Below the pieces are notes generated by a model, which saw only the letters and a list, made by a program, of their open reading frames with translations, had not been told where the DNA came from and made no database searches. 64,000 bases of DNA from Macrostomum lignano (Eukaryota). The first letter of the stretch is position 1. The number at the start of each line of letters is the position of its first letter. Where the stretch lies: positions 186,001 through 250,000 of the forward strand of contig NIVC01000135.1 of the NCBI GenBank assembly GCA_002269645.1, given 5' to 3'. Below, one piece after another: positions 39,612 through 49,966 of this stretch. The position numbers and the translations under genes were made by a program.

Positions 39612-42600
39612 TCAAAGACTGTTGGAATTGGAGCGGTGGAAAAACCCGGCAAGCACCTGCAAAAATCTGGTTGGCGGCCGAACCGCCCTGCCACTTCGAG
39701 TGGTGTAAATGCTACCCCGAGTACTGACTCTGTCTGATAACGATGGGTCTGGTTCCACTGTTTCACGCTGGCCAGCTGGCTCCGTCCTCTGTCCTTGGCT
39801 GGCGGTTCCAGGCAACTCACGCGCTCTATCTCCCACTATCTCTACCTCCGCACCGATTGAAGGAACCTGGCCATCCTCGACTTGTTCGAGTCGATTCGTG
39901 CTACTATTACCACCTACTTCAGGCACACGGTGTTGAGTGTGTTTTTCACTTAAAAAATCTGGCTTCTGCACAAAATCTCCAGACTCTGTTCTGGGTTGCA
40001 ACAGGTCCAAAACTGGCTGACCAAGGTCCTCAACCGGTTGTCCTTGGGTTCCACCTGTACACACCGGAGTCTCACCGGGCTGCAACCGTTTCTCACTGGA
40101 CTGCACCTGGTTCTCGCCGGACTGCACCTGGTTCTCACCAGGCTGCACCAGGTTCTTACTGGACTGCACCTGGTTCTCACTGGACTGCACCTGGTTCTCA
40201 CTGGACTGCACCTGGTTCTCACTGGACTGCACCTGGTTCGATCCCAGCCCTGCAACTGTGAAGTAAGGTAATCCACGCTCTTCCATGTCGGAGTCCGAGC
40301 TGGAATCCGAGGCTGGCGAGTCCTCGTCACAATTTCCCACACGAGATTCCGGCAACCGTGCAGTTATTTTTAGACCGAAACGGTCAATGGTGTCTTGATA
40401 GTTCGGCTTGCGTATGCATTTTTTGATTCTGTCTACATTATAAATGTTGTGGCTCGGGTTAGGAGTTCGAATGAATGGATTTTCTCTAATAAATTCGGGC
40501 AGGAGCCGATAGTTGCGCTCGGATATTTGCTGAACTACGCGGTATGGTCCCAACCAAACTGCTGGGTCAAGGCCTCTGTGATCCGGGTTTCGAACCCAGA
40601 CCAGCTTACCTACTTCAAAGTTAGGTTTAAAAACGGCTCTGTCATAGTAGCGCTTTTGTCTTCTCTGGGCCTTTCCCCGCAAAGCGCGAGCCGTAGCCGA
40701 TGTTTCGACCAGGGCTTTGTGCAGGGTGTGTGCGTAAGATTCCGGATCATAGTATTCTCTTGGTGGTGGGTTGTACTGGAGGTCCAAGGGGATGTCGAGT
40801 TCTCTCCCGAAGAACAACTTTGCTGGCGTGAAGCCGGTAGACTCGGATTCGGTCGTCCGGATCGACAAACCCACAAGCTTAGCAGCCAAAGGCCACCCTA
40901 TTCTACGATCAGCACACACTGCCCGAACTTTTGTTTTGATCGTTTGGATAGCTCGTTCGGCCTTGCCATTGGCCTGTGGTCTTCTCGCTGTGATTCTAAC
41001 CATGTCGATTTCGAGTATTCGAGTCAACTCGGCAACCGTAGCGTTAATGAATGCAGTGCCGTTATCTGAGACAATCTGTTCCATCGTCCCATACCTTACC
41101 ACCCATTCAGTGAGGATGGCTAGCGCCGTAGTTCCTGCTGAGACATCAGGCACCGGGACAATCTCGACGAAGCTGGTGAAACGATCAATCAGCACCAGAA
41201 GATACCGCATACCATTAGATTCAGGAAAAGGTCCACAATGGTCAACGTGTACCACCTGATTGGGATACCCTGCCAAGGTAGGCTGCAGGGGGGCTCTAAT
41301 CTTCTTTGTACCTTTCTTAACTCTGGCGCAAGTTTCGCATTCGGCAACGATACCTCTTACGTAAGTTTCCAGATCAAAGATCAAGAAACGTGCCTTCAAT
41401 GCCGCCGTGGTTTTATTGGCTCCTGAATGGTTGCACGCTCTATGGTACTTGATTACTAGTTCATCTAAATTTGCAGACGAGGGAATTATCAACTGCTTAA
41501 CACTCGGTTTGCCCTTCCTCGCTGGCTTTGTGCGGTAGAGCAAGCCATTTTCAACTGACAGTTCGTTATACAGAGCCCAGAGAGTTTTAATTTCTCGACT
41601 GCAATCTTGAATATCCTGTTTGCTAAGTTTCGGTTCGGAGCCAGCTACGGATTGCTTGATTCTCAGCAGATCTACGTTTGACTCTTGTGCCAGCGTCACC
41701 CAATCCACATCTACTCTCTCATCAGCCTCACTCTGTGGTAGGCTTAATTCGCTTGCATCATCAGCGGCTTGATTCGCTAGGCTGGTTCCAATGTGGAAGG
41801 AATGACTACCGCTCGTTCTGTCACTCTTCGCACTTTGGTCATTGTTAGAATTAGTTGCAATTTTAGCCACCTGAACCTTAGGTTTTGTCACTTGAATTTG
41901 GCTATCTTCAGAGGTTTCTTTCTGGTTTGTGCCTGATGGATCAGTCTGGATCGCTTGGCTAACTGAGTGACAACTATCAAGCCGGCTCTCATTGCCGTGG
42001 TCATCATTCCTAGTGGGTTCACACATGGTTGGTTGATCTAAAAAGTGTGTACCTTCGGTTTGAGTCGAAGCCTCGTGCTTTTCTAATTTAGCACAGCCTA
42101 TTTTAACGGCTCTAACGGCGCTACTTTGGCATCCGAACCTGGCCTGAAACTCTGGAATACGAGAGCAAGATGGGCAGTCGAAATGGTCCGGACGGAATTT
42201 GGGATTGCGACTGAGAATGTCGGCATTAATGTGGCTCTCCCCAGGCCTATGTTCCACGGAGAAGTCAAAGTCTGCCAAGCGTTCCAGCGGCGTCTGCTCA
42301 ACGCTAAAGTTGTAAGGCTCTAGGATCACAAGCCACTGGGCTAGCATTCCCGTAGCGTGTTTTTTGGAATGAAGCCATTTAAGCGCCACGGCGTCAGTTC
42401 GGACGACGAAAGGCCTGTCTAAGAGGTAAGTGCGGAACTGCTCTAGCATGATAATCAAACCGAGCAGCTCGCGCATTGTTGCACAATAATTTCTTTGTGC
42501 ATTGTTGAACTTCTTCGAAGCGAATGCTATCACATGCTCTTTACCAGCTTTGCCAACCTGGGACAGGACTCCTCCCACCCCCAGGCCAGAGCTGTCACAG

Positions 42601-45600
42601 TCTAGCACGAAGGGGCCGGCTTCTGGACGCATATCCGGGTACGCCAGAGTTGGAGGATTGCAGAGACTGTCCTTTAACTGTTTGAAAGCTTCTTCGTGCT
42701 TTTCTTCCCAGTGAAACCTATCGGAGTTAGCGATAGCGTACAGTGGAGCTGCTATGATCGAGAATTTTGGCACAAATTTACGGTAATAGTTGGCAAAATT
42801 TAAGAATGACAAGAGTTGTTTCCCTGTCTTTGGCCTACACCAACTCTGGACGGCCTCTGTTTTGCTGGGGTCCGTCTCGATTCCATCCGCCGATACTACA
42901 AATCCTAAAAACTTTAGTTTTTCCCTGAAAAGCTCGCATTTAGCTGGCTTAATTTTTAGGTTTGCCTTTTGCAGTTGCCAAAACACCAGCGCTAGGTTTG
43001 TTATCATTTCGCTACTAGTTCGAGCTTTGATAATGACGTCGTCAAGATAGACGAGGCTAACTCTCATCAGCAAGGGTTTGAGCACACGGTGCATCAGCTT
43101 AGCAAAGTTAGATGGTGCCGTTTTGATACCGTATGGCACAACTCGCCAACGGAATGTGCCCTGGGGGCAAGAAAAAGCCGTAATGTCTCGGTCTTGCTCT
43201 CTAATTCCTACCTGCCAGTATGCACTTGTTAAATCTAGTGTTGAAAAGATGGTAGAGTCGGCAAGGCTATCAAACGTTTCATCCATTAATGGGAGCGGAA
43301 AGCTACACGGCTTTATTAGCTTGTTGACCGCTCTGTAGTCAACACACATTCTGTAAGACTGGTCCTTCTTTTTGACTAAGACAATTGGTGAGGCCCACTC
43401 GGAATCACACTCTTCTACTATGCCCTGCTCCACTAGCTGTTCTATATATTTGTCAAGGAAATCTTTTTGAGCCGGGGTGGTGCGGCGTGATGGCTGCGCG
43501 ATCGGCCTACAGCTAGGGTCTTTCAGTTCGATAGCTAGTTCATGCAATTGGGTTCTCGAGATATCGTGCTCACTACGAGAGATTTGACTTAAGAAATAGT
43601 TAAGCATTTTCAGTGTAGTTCCCAACTGTTCCTCGCTGAGTTTGGACTCCGTTAGGCGAAACTGGTTTGATAGCCACTTCGCTGTACCTTCATCTGGACT
43701 AGGCAGCTGATTGAGTTTTCTAAGGAGCTGATCAGTGTTTTCGATTTTAAAGTCTTTTTCAGAAATTGAAGTTTTACTGATTGTCTCGTTTGGCCCCAAC
43801 TGCTGGAAGGATCCCATTTCATCTTCTCTTCTGAGTGATACTGGTTCTTCACTGGTGTTTAAGACCCGCAGCAAGATGTGATTGGAACTGTTTACTTGGT
43901 CTACCGAGTGTGCTATTAAGAGGCTCGAGTCGTTCGCAAAAATCTTGCCACCCACGGAGCCGCAGGTGTTAGGCTGACTGTCTATCACCCTCCCAGGGAT
44001 TAGAGTCTCCGACCTGGGCGGGAGTTCGACATTGCAAGCCGCCAGCACTCTCTTGACTTGGAAGATGCTACTGTCCCCTTCGATGACAGGAATAAGCTCA
44101 CCTCCAGCCGTCGCTCGACCCTCTGCCACCAATAAATTAATCTGGAAATTCCGCATGAAGTCGATCCCAAAGAGAGTGTCGGAGATCGAGTGTTCTATGA
44201 CTAGGAAAACGTGCGGCTTTGTCTCATTCGCTACTTGAACCTCGCAAACTAACTTGCCAAGGATTCGGCTGGAGGCACCATTGAATCCCGAAGCTGACTG
44301 CACTGTAGTTGCGGCCGTGAAGCGATTATTGATAGGATCGGCTGCTAACAGTTTGTCCCGAATTTCTGGGCTGATGATGGACGCATTTGAACCACTATCT
44401 AGACACCCAATCAGCTTAATGTCTCCCACAGTGGCCTGCAGGTAGTACCCGGAGCTGGAGGATTCTGCCCTAGACACGGTTTGGCTGCACCGGACATCCT
44501 GGTTACTACACACAACATCAACAGCACGGTCGTTTTTCTTGCCCTTGTCGGCTAGCCGGATAAACTCTACGGGCGCTCCGACAATCTGATGGGCGGGGAC
44601 AAGATCCTTTAACTCGCTGCTGAGCTGCGAGAAGTGTACGAAAACAGAATCTCCCAGAGGCAGAGACTGGATGAATCTGTAGGCATTTGACCAGTAGGAA
44701 ATTCTACCCAGCTCTTTTTCCACTTTAGCTGAGCCCTTCTGTGTGGGCTGCCTCGGGTGGCGCCATGAAAATTTACCGTTTTCAGGTGCACCTGAGCCAG
44801 GGCACTCTGCTACCAGGTGATCAGCTGAACCGCACCTGAAGCAGTGCCGCTTGCCTTCGTGCCTGCCCGTGATAGGCGCATTGTACCTCGGTGGTTTATC
44901 AGTGGCAGTGTGCAAAGCCTGAGGTCTGAATCCCCCAGTAGGCTGGCTATTAAATTCGTGTTCGAACTTGCCCCTCTGCTTGGCTTCTGTCTCAAGTTCT
45001 TGGATCCTGTTTTTGAGTCGGCTTATCTCGTCTACTTCTAACTGCCGGATCTTGCTTGTCTCAGTCGGTTTCAGCAGCTTCTGAATGTCTAGAAAACTTT
45101 TGGCTTTCTTCAGGAGGTCTTGAAGGGTTGCTTTGGGTGACTCCTGGGTCATTGTAATTAGTCTCTCAGCTAGATTTTTGTCTAGAACTCCACAACAAAA
45201 ACGTGACCGAACCAATGGATCGCTGTGTGGAGCAGAAATTTTAGCTGCGGTGGCTAGGGCTACAAGACGGTCACAGAATTCTTGAATTCCTTCGCCATCA
45301 GCTTGGTGGGCAACTGTCAGCTCAATGTAAAATTTATCGGCACTGCTAGAGTCCGTGTACCGCTCGCGGAGAGCTTCTAATGCTGCTGGAAAAGCTAGAT
45401 CCTGTAGTTTGCTATTGTAGTAAAACTCTTGGACTTCTGGCGATAGTAGAGAGAAAAGAACACCGCCACAGTGCTCCCGCTGAACTCTGTTAACGCTTAA
45501 ATAGGCCCGGAGTTGTGTCTCCCAGAGCTCAAATCTGATTTTAGGGTGGTAGCAAGGTGGGGCTTTCAGCTTTGCCTCAGGCACTCTCGCATAGTCAAGC

Positions 45601-45779
45601 TTAGCATCCAAGTTGCCCAGCGTTCTGTCAAGACTTCCTAAAATAGCACCCACGCTACTCTCAGTAGCAATTTGGTTTAACTCGGCTTCATTTTGAGCCT
45701 TCTCAGTCTCAGGCAGCTTTATGGGTTCACCCACCAGAGGTGCGCCTTGAGTTCCAGTGGCTGATTGCTCTACAGACAT
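39612..45779 (-). CDS. Gag-Pol polyprotein (2055 aa): Gag, CCHC knuckle, cold-shock-like domain, aspartic protease, RT, RNase H, integrase
   Basis: CFRCGSADHLVAEC (44802-44843); CLDSGSNASII; WASPIVLVKKKD..CVDYRAVN..YLDD (43038-43049); FVLDCDSS..RNYCATMRELLG; H-H-C-C, DHCGPF, SDNG, QANGKAER; GPY; no stop or frameshift. Confidence 0.96.
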   Translation of the reverse strand: MSVEQSATGTQGAPLVGEPIKLPETEKAQNEAELNQIATESSVGAILGSLDRTLGNLDAKLDYARVPEAKLKAPPCYHPKIRFELWETQLRAYLSVNRVQREHCGGVLFSLLSPEVQEFYYNSKLQDLAFPAALEALRERYTDSSSADKFYIELTVAHQADGEGIQEFCDRLVALATAAKISAPHSDPLVRSRFCCGVLDKNLAERLITMTQESPKATLQDLLKKAKSFLDIQKLLKPTETSKIRQLEVDEISRLKNRIQELETEAKQRGKFEHEFNSQPTGGFRPQALHTATDKPPRYNAPITGRHEGKRHCFRCGSADHLVAECPGSGAPENGKFSWRHPRQPTQKGSAKVEKELGRISYWSNAYRFIQSLPLGDSVFVHFSQLSSELKDLVPAHQIVGAPVEFIRLADKGKKNDRAVDVVCSNQDVRCSQTVSRAESSSSGYYLQATVGDIKLIGCLDSGSNASIISPEIRDKLLAADPINNRFTAATTVQSASGFNGASSRILGKLVCEVQVANETKPHVFLVIEHSISDTLFGIDFMRNFQINLLVAEGRATAGGELIPVIEGDSSIFQVKRVLAACNVELPPRSETLIPGRVIDSQPNTCGSVGGKIFANDSSLLIAHSVDQVNSSNHILLRVLNTSEEPVSLRREDEMGSFQQLGPNETISKTSISEKDFKIENTDQLLRKLNQLPSPDEGTAKWLSNQFRLTESKLSEEQLGTTLKMLNYFLSQISRSEHDISRTQLHELAIELKDPSCRPIAQPSRRTTPAQKDFLDKYIEQLVEQGIVEECDSEWASPIVLVKKKDQSYRMCVDYRAVNKLIKPCSFPLPLMDETFDSLADSTIFSTLDLTSAYWQVGIREQDRDITAFSCPQGTFRWRVVPYGIKTAPSNFAKLMHRVLKPLLMRVSLVYLDDVIIKARTSSEMITNLALVFWQLQKANLKIKPAKCELFREKLKFLGFVVSADGIETDPSKTEAVQSWCRPKTGKQLLSFLNFANYYRKFVPKFSIIAAPLYAIANSDRFHWEEKHEEAFKQLKDSLCNPPTLAYPDMRPEAGPFVLDCDSSGLGVGGVLSQVGKAGKEHVIAFASKKFNNAQRNYCATMRELLGLIIMLEQFRTYLLDRPFVVRTDAVALKWLHSKKHATGMLAQWLVILEPYNFSVEQTPLERLADFDFSVEHRPGESHINADILSRNPKFRPDHFDCPSCSRIPEFQARFGCQSSAVRAVKIGCAKLEKHEASTQTEGTHFLDQPTMCEPTRNDDHGNESRLDSCHSVSQAIQTDPSGTNQKETSEDSQIQVTKPKVQVAKIATNSNNDQSAKSDRTSGSHSFHIGTSLANQAADDASELSLPQSEADERVDVDWVTLAQESNVDLLRIKQSVAGSEPKLSKQDIQDCSREIKTLWALYNELSVENGLLYRTKPARKGKPSVKQLIIPSSANLDELVIKYHRACNHSGANKTTAALKARFLIFDLETYVRGIVAECETCARVKKGTKKIRAPLQPTLAGYPNQVVHVDHCGPFPESNGMRYLLVLIDRFTSFVEIVPVPDVSAGTTALAILTEWVVRYGTMEQIVSDNGTAFINATVAELTRILEIDMVRITARRPQANGKAERAIQTIKTKVRAVCADRRIGWPLAAKLVGLSIRTTESESTGFTPAKLFFGRELDIPLDLQYNPPPREYYDPESYAHTLHKALVETSATARALRGKAQRRQKRYYDRAVFKPNFEVGKLVWVRNPDHRGLDPAVWLGPYRVVQQISERNYRLLPEFIRENPFIRTPNPSHNIYNVDRIKKCIRKPNYQDTIDRFGLKITARLPESRVGNCDEDSPASDSSSDSDMEERGLPYFTVAGLGSNQVQSSENQVQSSENQVQSSENQVQSSKNLVQPGENQVQSGENQVQSSEKRLQPGETPVCTGGTQGQPVEDLGQPVLDLLQPRTESGDFVQKPDFLSEKHTQHRVPEVGGNSSTNRLEQVEDGQVPSIGAEVEIVGDRARELPGTASQGQRTEPAGQRETVEPDPSLSDRVSTRGSIYTTRSGRAVRPPTRFLQVLAGFFHRSNSNSL

Positions 45780-46410
45780 ATTGAGAGAAAAAAGAGGTGT
45801 GCCAGTGCAAAGTGAAGACTAAGATTACAGAGAGGAAAGGAAGAAAAAAACCTACACGCGTACACACCTTTGAACAGCCAGGTAAGCTCAGCTAAACAGC
45901 CCAAAATGAAGCAACCACACTCACAACTGTGATGAAACTCTTGGAGGTTATTGGCCGTGGAGTACAATGTACAGACTGCCGTCCTGCCGTACTGCCGCTT
46001 GGACCGGATTGGCTGTGGCCTTTAGGGGTGGCTGCCGCTGGGGTGGTGGTCTCGCGGTTCAGTCGGCAGCTTATACGGACCTCAGAACAGTTGAGTGTTG
46101 TTTACGCTGAGTTGACCGGCTGGGGTTTTGACGCGCCGTAGCTACGAGCGTATTGACTGTTTTCGCTTGGCCTTGGGTCTAGATGTAGAGCTGACTCACG
46201 CGGTTTTAGACAAGTTGAAACGAAATTGTGCTGCCTCAGCCTCGCCGCAATACTGTAGTGTAGGACCTGGTTGCGGTTGCAGATGGCTATTGTGTACCCG
46301 GCCAAAATTCTCGTGTCGCAGTGCCTGATGAGGATGGGAGCCTGAATGCTGACGGACTCCTGATGATGATGACTGATATGAAGAGTTCGGTGGTGGGACC
46401 TCCAAATTGA

Positions 46411-46837
46411 TGTAACGAGTCCGGTATATTTAATATTACTAGCGAAGAGAGAGTATTAGCAACGTATATGGTTCAGCAGATACGTCTGTCAGTCCTGGAC
46501 GATTTACTATACTCGGAGCATAAGAAATCTTACTGTCTTAGTATGAATGCGTACACTGCAGTGATCGGCTCTGATTATAATTATTGTATCTCACGTACAT
46601 GCTAGGTTGATCTACGTCCCAGGCTGCCACACGTGCGCTTACAGAAAAAGACTAGAACTTACATGTTAAAATTATGAGCAGCATTTCTTGGAAACGGAAA
46701 CCAAATTAACAAAATACGTAATATTAAAACCCTAGAATAATTACGCACGTAATCTAAACAGCTAAAGATTTGAATAAAGTTAAAATACACCATGTTAATA
46801 GACTAGATTTGAATTACAGAATTTCCAAACCGTTACA
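46411..46837 (-). repeat. 5' LTR of the Gypsy element
   Basis: Followed on the minus strand by a 6-nt spacer and a tRNA-Gln-type PBS. Confidence 0.97.
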
Positions 46838-47450
46838 GGCTCACCTACCTTGGCCCAAACCCGGACCTCTCCGACGCTTTCAGACCCGAGAATCTCTGCC
46901 AGCTCATCCCCTACCTAATGACTTTATTGGTCCGCCTCTCTCGCCTTGACGTCGACAAAAGCAGCAGCAGTGGAATCTAGTGGAGACTAACGGTCGACCT
47001 CTCCAAGGTGTCCCTGGAAACCACCAATGTACAGTACCCACCATCGAGCCTGCAGGGGAGAGAGGAAGTGTGGGACCAACGTGAATGCTGACCCCTGAAC
47101 TTGAATGCTTGACTATACCGAGCATACGACAAGGTCTGGCGCATACGAGAGCCGCCGGGGTGGACAGCTGGACCCTCCGGACGGTGTACATCGCAACTGG
47201 CCGCAAAAGGACTCCCCGGCGATAGTCACTGTCGGACACGACTATCAGCGCGAACACCGCGGATGCTGGCGGCTTTTCAGCAGGAGCTCGACCGCCACGG
47301 CGTCCTTGACCATCCCCGCAGGCCGGGAGGCCCCGCCGCAAACGCAGCCGCCATGGACGGTACAGAGGACAGGCAGCTTCAAACTAAATCTGGCACTCCA
47401 GTGCAACAGCACCAACAACACCGATTCCCAAAATAGTGTACGCTCGTAGT
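46838..47450 (+). mobile_element. LINE relic, right part, plus degenerate RT-like fragment
   Basis: Removing the Gypsy element and one TSD restores ..QDRL-TYLGPNPDLSDAFRPENLCQLIPYL. A frameshifted DY-RAYDKVWR near 47115-47145 resembles the RT D..KAFDKVW motif. Confidence 0.5.
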
Positions 47451-48550
47451 AATTTAGTCATATATAATTATTGGATTCAAACCAAACATAGAAACGGGAG
47501 GAGAGGACGGTAGAGAGGGAGAGAGATGCATGTAGACCCTAGGGACAATTCACAGTACTCTGAGCTCACGCTCCAACCCATGGCCAGCTACCTGCACATT
47601 AAAATTGGGTTTGCAGTTCTTTAGCTGAATTGAATCCACGACCCGGCTTTGCATTTTGTACTTTCTGTTCTTTATACACTTAAAAAATATATATATCGGT
47701 TTTTGTACCAACTTAAATGAACCGCTGGCCCCTGATGACGTCAGTTGTGAGGACAAAATGAAACGCAGAACCGGATAGGGATCCCCACTAAGGAAAATTA
47801 CCCATTTAAGCTCGTAGTCGGCTGGAGCCACTGTGGATCCAGACTGGACTGGTCTAATGCGAGTTCACGGAATACAGGGATGATGGGATGAGGATTTGAG
47901 GTCTCAGGACGCTGCCATTGGACAAGAGGATACGGGGTCGACGGTTACATGAAATTACTTCAATTTACATAAAATATTTGTTCTTATTCTCTGGTTCTGT
48001 TTTTATGAATAATTATTAAACTAAAAGGAAGCAAATGATAGCATTCTTTGACAAAACCTAATATGTATCGATATTATTAGATCTACGGTCCCACCAACCG
48101 TTGAACCATCCGTCTAGACCAGAGTGTTTCTCTAAATGGAATCTTTATCTAGTCCTTTGTAATTCTCTGTTTTCTCTGAAGTTCTGCCTAAACAAGCTAA
48201 TAGCCTATTTATTCCCAATAATCTGGGAGAATTTCAACAGAGCTACCGGCCGGGCGGGTCATGAATATTAAAATTTATTTGAATTTATTACCTTCCACAC
48301 AGCACGCTGAGACAGTACAAGCCTACTTGTATTTGAGGCAAATGCCAGCGCAGCTTCGATGCCACTCTCAATATTGTGCAGATGTACTGTATTGATTAAT
48401 ATATTACTATCAAAATATGATAAAAAAACGCTTTGGACACAAGGCATGACTGCTCTTAATATTTTATTGGGTTTTTAAATTTTATCATGATGTAATTAGA
48501 CCAATTTATCTTTAGTTCAGGTTTAATAGACCTCGATGCTCAAGTTCCAA

Positions 48551-49231
48551 GTTGTCTCGCTTGACGTCGCCTGGCCGCAGTGGGGGCAGCTGGGAGTCCC
48601 GCAGTCTCCTGGTCCCGTAGTACACGGAGCTCTGCTTCGTGCCGTCTCGCGACCTGCAGGACGCCCGGAAGCCCAGGCTGGGCAGCTCGCTGCCGTTTCT
48701 GATTGGCTGAGCGCTGCCGAACTTGCTGGTGTGATCGTCGAGTCTGAGCACGGGCTCTGCTGAGCAGTTGGCCGTTGCGAACTGGCTGAGCAGCTGCACT
48801 CTGGACTGCGACACCCGCAGCCAGTTGGGGCTGCCCCGCTTGCTGCACAGGTCGGCCGGGATGACGGCGGGCCTTCGATCTCTGATGAACCGGCTGTACA
48901 GCTGCAGGTCCGGCGGTGCGCATCTGCTTGAGCCCTGCTCAGCTTCTGGAAGCCTGCAATCGGTTGATTTGAGTCGTCTCAAAGTCCTCATGAAAATGGA
49001 TGTGTAATTAATCCCAATTTAACCGTGTGCAAACTAATTAGTTATTAGTAAATGGCGGTCTCACGTAGCTATGATGGCCTTGAAGTCTTGTTCGCTGATG
49101 CCGGGTTCGGGCGTCAATTGCAGAATTCGGCGCACTGCTTGTGGCGGTTTCCTCGGGGTTGCAATGATGAGCAGTCCGGCTAGGCAGCCGAAGATTATGC
49201 GAATTCTGGACTTGAGAAGGTTTTTTATCAT
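48551..49231 (-). pseudogene. 3'-truncated DUF229 copy B (TM exon plus first 60% of exon 2)
   Basis: Exon 49231-49065 (MIKNLLKSRIRIIFGCLAGLLIIATP..) splices in phase 2 to 48953. Near-identity to copies A and C stops abruptly at GDVKRDN (48551), just before IIILGLDS; no donor site and an in-frame stop at 48512. Confidence 0.8.
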
Positions 49232-49966
49232 GTCAAATGCACGCGAGACACATGTGCGAGTTTGATCTAATTTAAATACGATGTATGTATCACTATAAAA
49301 CTGGTGCAGCTAAAATCTTGTTGTTTTTTAAATATGAAAAAGAGGCAGGTATTTTTGGTCCTGCCATTGGCTGAGCTTCGTCTCTCTCCCCTTCTCTGCA
49401 GCCTTCTATTCAAGGCTCCCGGACCGGAACCTTCTATTCAATAGCTTACGAGGGGGAGGGGCTGCGTGTGTAGTTTTAGCCACCCCAGGCGCCTCGGTTT
49501 CTCATCTCATTCAACTCTCCTCTCGCCTCTGTCAACATAATATCAACTATCAACATACTGTAGCGATTCTTTTTATAGCATACGCTGCAGGCTACCGGAC
49601 ATTTCAAGGCAACAATTGGTCACTTGAAAAAACCGTTTAAAATAATGACAAGACCAATTTAACATGAAAAATCGATTAATGCGTCGTTAGAGCAGCATGT
49701 GAGGCACAAAATAGTGTGATTAGAACTTTCTCTGACACTGTTAAGAGACCCAATCACTGTTTTAGTGTTGAAAATCGTGAAATTTCTTATCTCCGTGTAG
49801 TGTATTTTTCTGGTGAAACCTGCCTTTTTGAAACTATTTCTGAACGAAAAGCTTTATAAATATTGATAGAGCAATAAGAAAGGCACAACATATCAAAAGA
49901 TGAACACTGGATCTGCCTCCTATCAAAAGCAATAAGAATTTTTGTGCTGAAACAATTAAAACCTCC

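Larger units (their letters stand above)
38609..46837 (-). mobile_element. Full-length Ty3/Gypsy LTR retrotransposon
   Basis: LTRs 38609-39035 and 46411-46837 (TG..CA, 427 bp, 4 mismatches by eye); TSD GGCT at 38605-38608 and 46838-46841; PBS TGGAGGTCCCACC (46392-46404, minus); PPT GGAAGGGAGGCGAG next to the 3' LTR; domain order PR-RT-RH-IN. Confidence 0.97.

Noticed and set aside
39390-41426. Antisense ORFs in the Gypsy 3' region as an env-like or accessory gene
   Set aside because: Short, mostly overlapping the main ORF or its repeat, with no TM, signal or domain features.
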